Below, piece after piece: positions 18,925 through 28,909 of a DNA stretch of 64,000 bases (within the stretch, counting starts at the first letter, position 1; each line of letters begins with the position of its first letter). A program made the position numbers and the translations under genes. Source of the DNA: an uncultured Clostridiaceae bacterium (GTDB lineage Bacteria > Bacillota > Clostridia > Peptostreptococcales > Natronincolaceae); NCBI GenBank assembly GCA_964390055.1, contig CAYMGQ010000001.1, forward strand, positions 8,459 through 72,458, written 5' to 3'. The notes under the pieces are model-generated. The model was not told the origin of the DNA. It was given only the letters and a program-made list of their open reading frames with translations, and did not search any database.

Positions 18925-19809
18925 CTAGACAGCCTTTATCACTGAGAGAATCCCGTTATTTAACGTTTTACTTAGGTCAACCTGCCTCCTAAAATTTAAA
19001 AATCTTCCATCTAGGTCTCTTACCAACTCTACTGTTGGTCTTGTTGGGTTATTCCTTCTGCTTTCCACAACAATCCCCTCATGTCCTGATTGTAATTTCA
19101 CTATTGTTCCTATCGGATATATAGATAGGTTACCCACAAAACGTTCTACAAGCTCAGGGTCAAATTGGCGTTTTCTCATAGATAACAAGTATTCAACAGC
19201 CTGATAAACGGGTATACCGCATCTATATACTCGTTTTGTTGTTAAGGCATCATAGGTATCACAGATGGAAACAATCCTTGGATATATATGTATCTCCTTA
19301 GCCGAAAGCCCCCTAGGATAACCCCTTCCGTCATATCTTTCATGATGGTCCCTTATTATCCATCCTATTTCCTGCTTAAATCCTTCTATATTTTTAATTG
19401 CTTCATAGCCCAGAATGGAATGCCTTTTAATCTGCTTGTATTCATTACCATTTAGTATTTGTGGTTTATTTAAAATAGAATTTTTTATATGTATTTTACC
19501 TATATCATGGAGCAGGGCTCCTAAGGCAAGGTCCCTCAAGTTATCATTATCCAAATTGAGACTTAGGCCAGTGACTATAGATAAAATGCAGACACTTATG
19601 CTATGGCCCAGGGTATAATTATCTATAGTTTTAAGTTTGGCTAAATTATTAGCCACATCATTAATTGCAACTATTTCCCTTATTAACTCAATCGCCATTA
19701 GGCGGCTTTTATCTATTTCTAAATTATCAGCAAAGCATATATTGTCAAAGGCTACTTTTGCCAACTCAATTGTCAACATGTCAATACTATGTGATCTAGT
19801 TTTAGACAT
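18925..19809 (-). CDS. HD-GYP domain protein (predicted c-di-GMP phosphodiesterase)
   Basis: 294 aa with HDIGK and HHERYDGRGYP motifs. Confidence 0.85.
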   Translation of the reverse strand: MSKTRSHSIDMLTIELAKVAFDNICFADNLEIDKSRLMAIELIREIVAINDVANNLAKLKTIDNYTLGHSISVCILSIVTGLSLNLDNDNLRDLALGALLHDIGKIHIKNSILNKPQILNGNEYKQIKRHSILGYEAIKNIEGFKQEIGWIIRDHHERYDGRGYPRGLSAKEIHIYPRIVSICDTYDALTTKRVYRCGIPVYQAVEYLLSMRKRQFDPELVERFVGNLSIYPIGTIVKLQSGHEGIVVESRRNNPTRPTVELVRDLDGRFLNFRRQVDLSKTLNNGILSVIKAV

Positions 19810-19954
19810 TTTATGTCCCCTCCCCAGTTCCCTTTACATGCTTATAATAGTTGTGCAAAAATTATTATTCCTCTTGCTTTAAATAATTGTACAAATGAAT
19901 TTTCCTGCTTATAATTAACCAAATCCTAGCATCCACCATTATATGATAATATTA

Positions 19955-20006
19955 CCAAAAAAAGAATAAAATCCTACTAATTTCCCTGTAATCTTAGTAG
20001 GATTTT
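19955..20006 (-). terminator. Rho-independent terminator after whiA
   Basis: A 13-bp stem (AAAATCCTACTAA 19968..19980 pairing with TTAGTAGGATTTT 19994..20006), then UUAUUCUUUUUUU on the minus strand. Confidence 0.7.
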
Positions 20007-20019
20007 GTGTATTTAGTAC

Positions 20020-20991
20020 TTACTTCCTAGTGTTTTCTAGGTCCTTATCAGTTTTAATCTTTTTAGCTATTTCCTCTATTTTTCTCATCCTATGATTTAC
20101 CCCTGATTTTCCAATGGGGGGATTTAGCATCTGTCCCAATTCCTTTAAACTAGCATTCCTATTTTTTAAACGAATTTCAGCTACTTCCCGTAAATTTTTG
20201 GGTAATTCATGGACTCCAATTGTATTATCTATATATTCTATATTCCTTATCTGCCTTACTGAGGCATTGACGGTTTTAGTCAAGTTAGCAGTTTCACAAT
20301 TTACTATCCGGTTAATATCATTTCTTATCTGCTTATATATACGGATATTTTCCAAATCTAATAAGGCCTTATGGGCCCCTATTATGTTCAAAAGGTCTAC
20401 TACTTGGTCTCCCTCCTTAATATATATAACATAACTACCCTTTCTAATTACAATCTTTGAATTTAAACCAAATTCGTTAATAAGGTTTTTTAAATCCTCG
20501 CTATGGTCTGCACTATTAGTAACAAACTCCAAATGATAGGTTTTCTGAGGGGCAGAAATAGACCCCCCACCTAAAAAAGCCCCCCGGATATAGGCTCTTT
20601 TACAACAATTGTTTACTAGTAACTTCCTGGGTATCTTATGGGTTATGTTAAAGGTGTTATCACAAGTATCAAGTATTCCCACCTTTTCCATAATAATATT
20701 ACTACCCATAGAGCTTGTAATAACCAGTATATAATAGTTATTTTTTTTAAGCCTAGAATTTTTTCTTACCCCCACATGGGTATTAATTTGAAATAAATCC
20801 TTAATATACCGAAAAGTTTTTCTTGCTGTGGAAGCATTCTCTGTGCTAAGTTTTAGGTTGATTTTTCTTGAACCAGTTAGTTGCAATGTACCACTCATCC
20901 GGATTAGTGCTGACAGTTCAGCTAATTTACAACAATTATTTTTTGGAAATATTCTTGCCAATTCTGACTTTGTGTTTGATGAAAAAGACAT
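20020..20991 (-). CDS. whiA: DNA-binding protein WhiA
   Basis: 323 aa starting MSFSSNTKSELARI, with LAGLIDADG-like repeats and a C-terminal HTH. It sits in the conserved rapZ-yvcK-whiA order. Confidence 0.9.
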   Translation of the reverse strand: MSFSSNTKSELARIFPKNNCCKLAELSALIRMSGTLQLTGSRKINLKLSTENASTARKTFRYIKDLFQINTHVGVRKNSRLKKNNYYILVITSSMGSNIIMEKVGILDTCDNTFNITHKIPRKLLVNNCCKRAYIRGAFLGGGSISAPQKTYHLEFVTNSADHSEDLKNLINEFGLNSKIVIRKGSYVIYIKEGDQVVDLLNIIGAHKALLDLENIRIYKQIRNDINRIVNCETANLTKTVNASVRQIRNIEYIDNTIGVHELPKNLREVAEIRLKNRNASLKELGQMLNPPIGKSGVNHRMRKIEEIAKKIKTDKDLENTRK

Positions 20992-21057
20992 ACAATCACA
21001 ACCTTCTAAATTATAATCACCAAGTTCCTACTTAATAATGAAAAGATAGCCTGCAGG

Positions 21058-22332
21058 TTATTTTAATAAGTCATCCCTTTTACTTGCTAATCCTATAATA
21101 ATTTTTGATAATTTTATAGCATCATGCCTAACATAATCCTTTTTAATTTCTACCAACTTATCTTCAACAATGGCAATATTTTTACTTTTTAGGGCTACTT
21201 TATCCCTTTCAGTAATTGGTATTAAACTTGCCCCCTCCTCTTGGTATTTACTGTGGGCATGGTTGATGATATCTTGAGTATTGGCAATAACATAATCTAT
21301 GCCTATATTAGGACAGTGCCTTATTATTGCCTCTACATGTTCTAGGACCCCATAATTATCAGTCTCACCAGGCTGGGTCATAATATTTGAAATATATATT
21401 TTTTTTGCCAGGGTCTTGGCCAGGGCTTCAGATATGTTATCAAGGAGTAAATTTGGGATTATGCTAGTATAAAGGCTTCCTGGGCCCAAAACCACTGTAT
21501 CAGCATTGTTTATAGCCTGGACAGCCTCATCCAGACCCTTAGCATCCCTTGGTTTAATAAATACCCTATCTACTGGGCTATTTTCCTCCAAGGCCCTTAT
21601 AGGTATATTTGACTCACCCTTTACCATCTTTTCATTTTTTAAAAGGGCATAGAGGGTAATATCGTCTAGGGAGACAGGGTATACCCGGCCAGTTACTGCC
21701 AAAACTTCACTCATTTTTGTTATTGCTTCCTCAAAACTATTACTAATTCCGTTCATGGAGGCGATAAATAGGTTGCCAAAATTTTGCCCCTTTAGACTCC
21801 CCTCTGGAAACCTATATTGTAGCAATTTTTCCATAGTGGGTTCCATTTCTGCCAGGGCCAATATACAATTCCTTATATCCCCTGGCGGCAACATTCCTAG
21901 GTCCTCCCTAATCCTTCCAGAACTTCCCCCATCATCTGCCACAGTTACTATGGCAGTTATATTGCTTGTAAACTTTTTCAAACCTCTTAATAATACTGCT
22001 AGGCCAGTTCCCCCTCCTATTACAACAATTTTTGGTCCCCTATCTAGTAGCCTGCTATTATGGGCCTTCTTGACACCCTTATATTTACCAAAAAAACCAA
22101 CTTTCTTCTCTCCATTACCAGCTAGTAAGAATCCTGAAATATTATAGATTGCAAAAAATATAATAATAATTCCTAAAAGACCCATGAAAAATTGTATATC
22201 TGGCCCAAGATTAATGCCCAAATCTACAAATATACTGGCAAGGACAAAAATTAAGAACGATAAACCCACAAGGACCATAAGTATCCATTTATTAATTGAG
22301 TCTTCTTGCTGGACCAAAGGATTTTTTCCCAT
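21058..22332 (-). CDS. yvcK: YvcK/CofD-family gluconeogenesis factor with an N-terminal membrane extension
   Basis: 424 aa. The core begins at KIVVIGGGTGL, and about 95 N-terminal residues contain two hydrophobic helices. Confidence 0.85.
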   Translation of the reverse strand: MGKNPLVQQEDSINKWILMVLVGLSFLIFVLASIFVDLGINLGPDIQFFMGLLGIIIIFFAIYNISGFLLAGNGEKKVGFFGKYKGVKKAHNSRLLDRGPKIVVIGGGTGLAVLLRGLKKFTSNITAIVTVADDGGSSGRIREDLGMLPPGDIRNCILALAEMEPTMEKLLQYRFPEGSLKGQNFGNLFIASMNGISNSFEEAITKMSEVLAVTGRVYPVSLDDITLYALLKNEKMVKGESNIPIRALEENSPVDRVFIKPRDAKGLDEAVQAINNADTVVLGPGSLYTSIIPNLLLDNISEALAKTLAKKIYISNIMTQPGETDNYGVLEHVEAIIRHCPNIGIDYVIANTQDIINHAHSKYQEEGASLIPITERDKVALKSKNIAIVEDKLVEIKKDYVRHDAIKLSKIIIGLASKRDDLLK

Positions 22333-23208
22333 TTAAATTCTTTTCCTTTCCCCAAGCCTTTCATCCCTGTGATTTGAAATTACACGGTAGCCCTCTTCCC
22401 TGAGCCTATTATATAGGACATGGCTAATGGTAATGGACCGGTGCCTACCGCCTGTGCAACCTATAGAGATTACCAGCTGGTTTTTACCCTCTTTAATATA
22501 GTGGGGAATCAAAAAATCAATTAAATTATATAGTCTTTCCGAAAATTCAACACTAATGGGGGATGCCATTACGAAGTCTCTAATCCTTTTATCCCTTCCG
22601 GTAAAATCTCTTAATTCATCAATATAGTAGGGATTGGGCAAAAATCTCACATCAAATACCAGGTCCGAATCCAAGGGAATACCGTGTTTGAAACCAAAGG
22701 AGGTAATATAAATAATCAAATTAGTAGTTGAGTCTCCCTCTAAGTAAATGTTTCTCAACTCCTCCTTTAGCTGACCGGGTGTTAACTTGCTTGTATCTAT
22801 TATATTTGTAGCCATTTTTTTTAACTTTTCTAATCTTTTTCTTTCCTCAGATATCCCTTCCCCTATCCCCTTGCCATTTATGGAAATTGGGTGCTTTCTA
22901 CGGGTTTCCTTAAACCTTTTTATTAGGCTTTCATCATTTGCATCTAAAAACAATATTTCATACTCATGGCCTGATTCAGCCAAATTATCAAGACCAGCAA
23001 ATAAGTCTTGGAAAAATAGGCCCCCACGAATATCTATCACTAGGGCAACTTTTTCAATATCTCCCTGGGATTGCCTACATAATTCCACAAATTTAGAAAT
23101 TAGAATGGGCGGGAGATTATCTACACAATAGTAACCTAAATCCTCCATACACTTAACTGCTTGACTTTTACCAGCGCCAGACATTCCTGTTATAATAACT
23201 ATCTTCAT
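22333..23208 (-). CDS. rapZ: RNase adapter protein RapZ (YvcJ)
   Basis: 291 aa starting [15 protein letters not shown] (P-loop), with a C-terminal CTGGRHRS motif. Confidence 0.9.
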   Translation of the reverse strand: MKIVIITGMSGAGKSQAVKCMEDLGYYCVDNLPPILISKFVELCRQSQGDIEKVALVIDIRGGLFFQDLFAGLDNLAESGHEYEILFLDANDESLIKRFKETRRKHPISINGKGIGEGISEERKRLEKLKKMATNIIDTSKLTPGQLKEELRNIYLEGDSTTNLIIYITSFGFKHGIPLDSDLVFDVRFLPNPYYIDELRDFTGRDKRIRDFVMASPISVEFSERLYNLIDFLIPHYIKEGKNQLVISIGCTGGRHRSITISHVLYNRLREEGYRVISNHRDERLGERKRI

Positions 23209-23245
23209 ATTATCCTACCCCTTCTCATTAGAAAGCGTTATATTC

Positions 23246-24160
23246 CTATTCTTCTCCTATAATTCTAACTTCAGGTTCTAAGGAAACACCAAACTTTTCT
23301 TTTACGGCTTTTTGTATATAAGCTATAAGGCTTATCACATCTTTAGCCTGGGCATTATCAATGTTCACAATAAAACCCGAATGGAGTTGGGATACTTGGG
23401 CCCCACCAATTGTCTTTCCCCTTAATCCCGCATCCTCTATTAATTTACCAGCATAATAACCAGGGGGCCTTCTGAAGGTACTCCCTGCGCTAGGCAGGTG
23501 CAGGGGTTGTTTGGAGGTTCTCCTCTTGGTAAACTCCCTTATAGTTTCAATAATTTCATCATAATTTCCCTTCTCCAGCTCTAAGCTGGCTTCCAAAACA
23601 ATATAATCCTTTCTTTGAATTATGCTCTTCCTATAGGCAAATTCCAATTCCTTATTAGTTAATTCTAAAATCCTATTATCCTTGTCCAGTACCCTACAAC
23701 TTTTTACAACATTCATCATTTCCCCGCCGTAGGCCCCAGCATTCATAGTTATGCCCCCACCAAGGGTACCGGGTATCCCACTAGCAAATTCAAATCCCCT
23801 TAGATTGTTTTTAGCCATACTTTTAGCCAATGTAGATAGCAATACTCCCGCTTCTGCAGTAATAGTAGTGCCCTCTATCCTTATATCACTTAGGTTATTA
23901 GCAATTTTTATAACAACACAAGCTAGTCCCCCATCCTTAACTAGAAGATTAGTACCATTTCCCATTATATAATAAGGCCTTCCCCATTCCCAACATATTT
24001 CAATGGCCCTTTTAATTTCCTCAATACTCCTGGGAAGAATTAATATATCTGCCGGTCCGCCTATATTAAAAGAAGTATGATTTTTCATAGGTTCATCTAC
24101 TAAGACATCTTCCTCCTGCATAAAAGACAAAAATTGATTATATAGCTTATTTCTTTCCAA
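23246..24160 (-). CDS. murB: UDP-N-acetylenolpyruvoylglucosamine reductase MurB
   Basis: FAD-binding NHTSFNIGGPAD and C-terminal MurB motifs. I place the start at the in-frame TTG 24158..24160, which is preceded by AGGAGG plus 7 nt. The ORF-track ATG at 24262 adds 34 non-conserved residues and has no RBS. Confidence 0.85.
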   Translation of the reverse strand: MERNKLYNQFLSFMQEEDVLVDEPMKNHTSFNIGGPADILILPRSIEEIKRAIEICWEWGRPYYIMGNGTNLLVKDGGLACVVIKIANNLSDIRIEGTTITAEAGVLLSTLAKSMAKNNLRGFEFASGIPGTLGGGITMNAGAYGGEMMNVVKSCRVLDKDNRILELTNKELEFAYRKSIIQRKDYIVLEASLELEKGNYDEIIETIREFTKRRTSKQPLHLPSAGSTFRRPPGYYAGKLIEDAGLRGKTIGGAQVSQLHSGFIVNIDNAQAKDVISLIAYIQKAVKEKFGVSLEPEVRIIGEE

Positions 24161-24531
24161 TTTTTTTCCTCCTAGATGGTGATATTCTTCACTTGCTATC
24201 TTTATTTTATATAGGTAATTTACTAAAGTATATATCTTATCATTATAAGGGTCAATTATCATACGATGATAAGCCTAATGGCAAGGAAAATAAAAATTTT
24301 ACTATTTCTAATAGAATATTTTTCCCATATATAATATATGTTACTCCTGTCATTACTAATTATCCCCTAACTTATAATTACTTTCTATTCCATATTATTA
24401 TTCTATAAATTAAAAAATAGAGGTCGCTTTACTAAGAAATCCCTCAAGAAAACATATGGTTTTCCATAGGTCTAAAGACAAAGTCCTCTATTTTAAATAT
24501 GCAATTTATAAGACATTTAATAGGATTTGCA

Positions 24532-25509
24532 CTAGCCACCTATCTCAGACATATTCCTGCTCCCTATTTCAAAGCCCTCTGTATATAAATAATGTTTTTT
24601 GGGTTTTAAGGAGATAGCTTTTTGTAGTATATCCCGGACTTGGGACCTGTCCCCCCTTAGGGCTTCAACAATGTCAACTTCTAAATCACTATGTAGACAA
24701 GGCCTTAATTTTCCATCACTGGTTAATCTAATCCGGTTACATTCCGAGCAAAAGTGATTGCTAATGGGATCAATAAAACCCACCTTGCCCTTAGCCCCTG
24801 GCAATTTAAAGTATTGGGCTGGGCTAGAAGTCTTATGGGGCAATGCAAGCAGATTTCCTATCCTTTCCTTAACATAATCATTAGAAATAAACCTTTCCTT
24901 GCTCCAATTTCCTGCCTCCCCAATAGGCATTAATTCAATGAACCTTACTTCAATATCCTTATCCAGTGTTAGGTTAACAAAATCTAGAATCTCATCTTCA
25001 TTGTAGCCGCCAATGGCGACAACATTTAACTTAACGGGGTACATTCCGACCCTGATAGCTTCATGTATCCCATCTAGGACATCCTTAAGCTTGCCACCCC
25101 TGGTAATTTCCTTGTATTTTTCAGCCTTTAGTGAATCTATACTTATATTAACCCTGTTTAAGCCTGCATTTTTTAAATCCTGGGCATATTTTTTAAGGAG
25201 GCTCCCATTAGTTGTCATGGCAATATCTCTAATACCCTCTATTTGAGATAAGCCCTCCACAAATTCCACGATTCCTTTTCTTACTAGGGGTTCACCACCA
25301 GTTATTCTTATTTTGTCGATTCCTAAGCCAGCTGCTGCTCTTGCAACCTCTATAATTTCCTCAAAGGTCAATATATCCTTATGGCATTTCTTGTCTACAC
25401 CCTCCTCTGGCATACAATATAGGCACCTTAAATTGCATAGGTCTGTAATAGATATCCTTAAATAATTTATTTTCCTATTATAGCGGTCCTCCGCCTTGCC
25501 ACATCTCAT
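24532..25509 (-). CDS. moaA: GTP 3',8-cyclase MoaA (radical SAM)
   Basis: 325 aa with YLRISITDLCNLRCLYCMP (CxxxCxxC) and C-terminal Cys motifs (CSECNRIRLTSDGKLRPC). Confidence 0.9.
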   Translation of the reverse strand: MRCGKAEDRYNRKINYLRISITDLCNLRCLYCMPEEGVDKKCHKDILTFEEIIEVARAAAGLGIDKIRITGGEPLVRKGIVEFVEGLSQIEGIRDIAMTTNGSLLKKYAQDLKNAGLNRVNISIDSLKAEKYKEITRGGKLKDVLDGIHEAIRVGMYPVKLNVVAIGGYNEDEILDFVNLTLDKDIEVRFIELMPIGEAGNWSKERFISNDYVKERIGNLLALPHKTSSPAQYFKLPGAKGKVGFIDPISNHFCSECNRIRLTSDGKLRPCLHSDLEVDIVEALRGDRSQVRDILQKAISLKPKKHYLYTEGFEIGSRNMSEIGG

Positions 25510-25680
25510 TTTATAAACTCCCCTTGTTTTCTTAATTTAAAACCCTGTAATTCCTCGGATTTTGTATTTATCCTTAAAAGATAGTTTCTTTGGAATATTT
25601 CCCTTCCTTTTCTTCCATTATAACAGTTATAAATAATAATAAAAGCTATTTTTTTACATTATCCCTTTTGATAATCCCAT

Positions 25681-25720
25681 AAATAAAATGAGGAACCGAA
25701 TATATTCGGTTCCTCATTTT
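25681..25720. terminator. Bidirectional-looking Rho-independent terminator after the NuoF-like gene
   Basis: ATGAGGAACCGAA-tata-TTCGGTTCCTCAT, a 13-bp perfect stem flanked by A and T runs. On the minus strand it is followed by UUUUAUUU. Confidence 0.8.
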
Positions 25721-25745
25721 TATAATTGATATATTAGCTAATATA

Positions 25746-27542
25746 CTAAACCTTGACAATAGCATCAAAGGGGCAAGCGGTAAAGCAAGCACCACATTTG
25801 GTACATTCCTCAGAGTTTATTACATAGGGTTCCTTACCCCTAACACCAGTTATACAATCAACTGGACAATCCTTAGCACATATACCACATTTTTTACATA
25901 GGTCAGGTAAAATCTTGTATTCTAATAATGATTGGCAGACGCCAGCAGGACATTTTTTATCAACCACATGGGCCTCATACTCATCCCTAAAATATCTTAG
26001 TGTTGATAGCACGGGGTTAGGAGCCGTTTGCCCTAAACCACACAAGGATGTTGACTTAATTGTTTTGGCCAATGTTTCTAAATTATCAATATCCTCTAAG
26101 CTGCCCTTGCCCTCTGTAATCTTATCCAATAAATCTAACATTCTCTTAGTTCCCTCACGGCATGGTGTACACTTACCACAGGATTCATCAACAGTAAAAT
26201 CTAAGAAGAATCTTGCAATATCGACCATACAGTTATCCTCGTCCATTACAATCATTCCACCAGAGCCCATCATAGACCCAAGGGATATTAGATTGTCATA
26301 GTCTATTGGCATGTCTATATGTTCTGCCGGTATACATCCTCCTGAAGGTCCTCCCGTCTGCACTGCCTTAAAGGCCTTGTCATTGGGTATTCCTCCCCCA
26401 ATTTCATATATTACATCCTTTAATGTGGTTCCCATGGGTATTTCTAATAAACCTGTATTATTAATCTTTCCACCTAGGGCAAATACTTTAGTTCCCTTGG
26501 ATTTTTCTGTTCCTATGCTGTTAAACCACTCAGGTCCCTTGATTATAATACTAGGTATGTTTGCAAAGGTCTCCACATTATTTAGCAGGGTAGGTTTATC
26601 CCAGATACCCTTATTAGCAGGGAAAGGTGGTCTAGGTCTTGGCATACCCCTCCTGCCCTCAAGAGAGTTGATTAGGGCGGTCTCTTCCCCACAAACAAAG
26701 GCCCCAGCTCCCAACCTCATCTCTAAGTCAAAGGAGAAATCACTACCAAAAATATTTTCTCCTAGTAAACCATGTTCCCTAGCTTGATCCATTGCAATTT
26801 GCAATCTGGTGACAGCAATAGGATACTCAGCCCTAACATAAATATATCCCTTGTTTGCACCTACAGCATACCCAGCGATAGCCATTGCCTCTATAACCAC
26901 ATGGGGGTCTCCCTCTAAAACTGACCTATCCATAAAGGCACCAGGGTCACCCTCATCAGCATTACAGGCTATATATTTTTTGTCCCCCTCAGCTTGGGCT
27001 GTAAAGCCCCACTTTAATCCTGTGGGGAAACCTCCTCCTCCCCGTCCCCTTAAACCTGATTCTTTTATAGTGTCAATTACCTCTTCAGGTGACATTTCTG
27101 TTAAAACCTTTGCCAAGGCCTGATAACCATCAAGGGCAATATATTCCTCAATAACTTCAGGGTTAATTAAACCGCAATTTTTCAAAGCCACCCTTTTCTG
27201 TTTCCTATAAAATCCAACTTCATCAATTGCCCTAATTTGATCGTCCACCACAGCCTCTTTATATAATAAATCTGTTACAATTCTTCCCTTTAATAAGTGT
27301 TCTTCTGTAATTTTTTCAACATCATCCACAGTAATATGACTATAAAAAGCCCCCTCAGGGTATACAATCACTATAGGTCCAGCTTCACAAAGCCCAAAAC
27401 ACCCAGTTTTTACTACCATTACTTCCTTGTCTAATTCCCGTTCCTTAATTAGTTCTTCAAATCTATCTATAATTTTCAAGGAATCCGAAGAAGTACAACC
27501 AGTTCCCCCACATACTAATACATGTGCTCTAAATAAATCCAT
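25746..27542 (-). CDS. NuoF-like NAD(P)H/FMN subunit (HydB/HndC type) with an N-terminal 2Fe-2S domain and C-terminal 2x[4Fe-4S]
   Basis: 598 aa with GRGGGGFPTGLKW (FMN/NADH site), CGKCTPCREG, and C-terminal CKKCGICAKDCP and CTKCGACFTACP. Confidence 0.9.
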   Translation of the reverse strand: MDLFRAHVLVCGGTGCTSSDSLKIIDRFEELIKERELDKEVMVVKTGCFGLCEAGPIVIVYPEGAFYSHITVDDVEKITEEHLLKGRIVTDLLYKEAVVDDQIRAIDEVGFYRKQKRVALKNCGLINPEVIEEYIALDGYQALAKVLTEMSPEEVIDTIKESGLRGRGGGGFPTGLKWGFTAQAEGDKKYIACNADEGDPGAFMDRSVLEGDPHVVIEAMAIAGYAVGANKGYIYVRAEYPIAVTRLQIAMDQAREHGLLGENIFGSDFSFDLEMRLGAGAFVCGEETALINSLEGRRGMPRPRPPFPANKGIWDKPTLLNNVETFANIPSIIIKGPEWFNSIGTEKSKGTKVFALGGKINNTGLLEIPMGTTLKDVIYEIGGGIPNDKAFKAVQTGGPSGGCIPAEHIDMPIDYDNLISLGSMMGSGGMIVMDEDNCMVDIARFFLDFTVDESCGKCTPCREGTKRMLDLLDKITEGKGSLEDIDNLETLAKTIKSTSLCGLGQTAPNPVLSTLRYFRDEYEAHVVDKKCPAGVCQSLLEYKILPDLCKKCGICAKDCPVDCITGVRGKEPYVINSEECTKCGACFTACPFDAIVKV

Positions 27543-27588
27543 TGTTTTACCCCCTTACTTGTAATTTTTGTCCTTCATAGTACTATGA

Positions 27589-27957
27589 TTATTTTTCGTA
27601 AGCCCCAATAGTATACTCATCTACAACCCGACCATTTACAATATGGTCAACAATAATTTTTCTAGCCTTTTCTGGTGTCAAGTCAACATATGTAACCTTG
27701 TCCTCCCCTTCCTTATATACCTCAATTAGGGGCTCCAGCCTGCAAGCACCTATACAGCCAGTTTGGGTTACAGTTATATGTTCAATTTCTCGTTTTTTAA
27801 TTTCTTCTAATAGAGCCATCATAATTGGTCTTGCCCCCGCTGCAATCCCACATGTAGCCATGCCAACTACGATTCTAGTTCCCTTTCTATCATGTCTTAG
27901 GTTTACCCTTTCCAAAGCTTCCTGACGAATTTTCTCTAATTCAGCTATAGATTTCAT
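27589..27957 (-). CDS. Thioredoxin-like [2Fe-2S] ferredoxin (HndB/HydD-like)
   Basis: 122 aa with MATCGIAAG and TGCIGACRLEP Cys pairs. It lies between the NuoE-like and NuoF-like genes. Confidence 0.8.
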   Translation of the reverse strand: MKSIAELEKIRQEALERVNLRHDRKGTRIVVGMATCGIAAGARPIMMALLEEIKKREIEHITVTQTGCIGACRLEPLIEVYKEGEDKVTYVDLTPEKARKIIVDHIVNGRVVDEYTIGAYEK

Positions 27958-27970
27958 AGGTTTCCCTCCT

Positions 27971-28444
27971 TTAATATTTCTCTAAAATACCTGGCACGTC
28001 CTCTACCTTCAAACGCCCATATACATCCTCATTAATTGTTATGACCGGCGCCAAACCACACGCACCAATACACCTTGTTGCAACTAGTGTAAATTTACCA
28101 TCTTCTGAGTTCTCCCCTGGTTCTATGTTAATTATCTCCTGTACCTTGTCAATAATATCCTGTGATCCTTTAACATAGCACGCAGTTCCCATGCAGACAC
28201 CTATTACATACTCTCCCTTTGGTTCAAGAGAAAACTGTGAGTAAAAGGTTACAACACCATAAACCTCACTCAATGGTATTCTTAGTTCCTCAGAAATCTT
28301 CCTTTGTACCTCTAAGGGAAGACAACCAAAGATTTTTTGCCCTTCGTGTAAGACGGGCATCAGTGCACCCTTTCTTTCTTTGTTTACATCAATAACCTCC
28401 TGAAGTTTTGCAAAGTTTTCTTCAGTTAAAAAATTTTTATCCAT
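27971..28444 (-). CDS. NuoE-like [2Fe-2S] subunit (HydC/HndA type)
   Basis: 157 aa with CMGTACYVKG and RCIGACGLAP motifs of the NuoE/complex I 24 kDa family. Confidence 0.9.
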   Translation of the reverse strand: MDKNFLTEENFAKLQEVIDVNKERKGALMPVLHEGQKIFGCLPLEVQRKISEELRIPLSEVYGVVTFYSQFSLEPKGEYVIGVCMGTACYVKGSQDIIDKVQEIINIEPGENSEDGKFTLVATRCIGACGLAPVITINEDVYGRLKVEDVPGILEKY

Positions 28445-28909
28445 AATGTCCCTCCTTTTTTATGAGTAAATCATTATTATAAAATAATATATTTATATAA
28501 AATTATTTTATATAAGCCTAAGTATATTTAAAAATATGAGTTAAAGATGTATAAAACTATTGACTTCCTAAATTAAATTTGTTAATAGTTTAACCAATTT
28601 TGATTATTTGTTAGTAATTATTATTAATAACCTAATATATTCTATGTCTTTAGTAAATAAGTGTAGTTAGTTGATTGTAATTAGTTTGACATGCATAGTT
28701 ATATATTCCAACCCTGTCTGAAGGACATTGTATATAATGCATAGAGATGTGTTAAATGAAAAGCCTGCCCCATATCATATATAATAATATTAAAATTCAT
28801 TGCAATCAATATTAATATATAATAAATATTATTTAAAATCAATAGTTGGGCCTAATAATTTGTGTTTCTGGATATTAATTCATATTTAAATCCTATGAAT
28901 TACAAGCTT

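Noticed and set aside
24161-24262. A 34-residue N-terminal extension of MurB in the ORF track.
   Set aside because: The extension has no similarity to MurB N-termini that I know, and its ATG has no RBS. An in-frame TTG at 24160 has AGGAGG 7 nt upstream and gives a standard-length MurB.
25510-25680. A possible Moco riboswitch in the moaA leader, a classic location. The leader contains UCCGAGG and GGAAGGGAAA strings.
   Set aside because: I could not build the conserved multi-stem Moco architecture or find the conserved blocks I remember (CUCCGAGCC, CACCUGGGAAAGG). The leader is AT-rich and poorly structured. An Infernal scan with the Rfam Moco model would settle it.
28445-28909. A 465-bp gap upstream of the NuoE-like gene, inspected for an sRNA, a riboswitch or a small ORF. 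A 19-codon ATG ORF at 28756 lies behind a TGnTATAAT-like box on the plus strand.
   Set aside because: There is no RBS for the mini-ORF, no stable stems and no terminator. It is indistinguishable from an AT-rich promoter/UP region without expression data.
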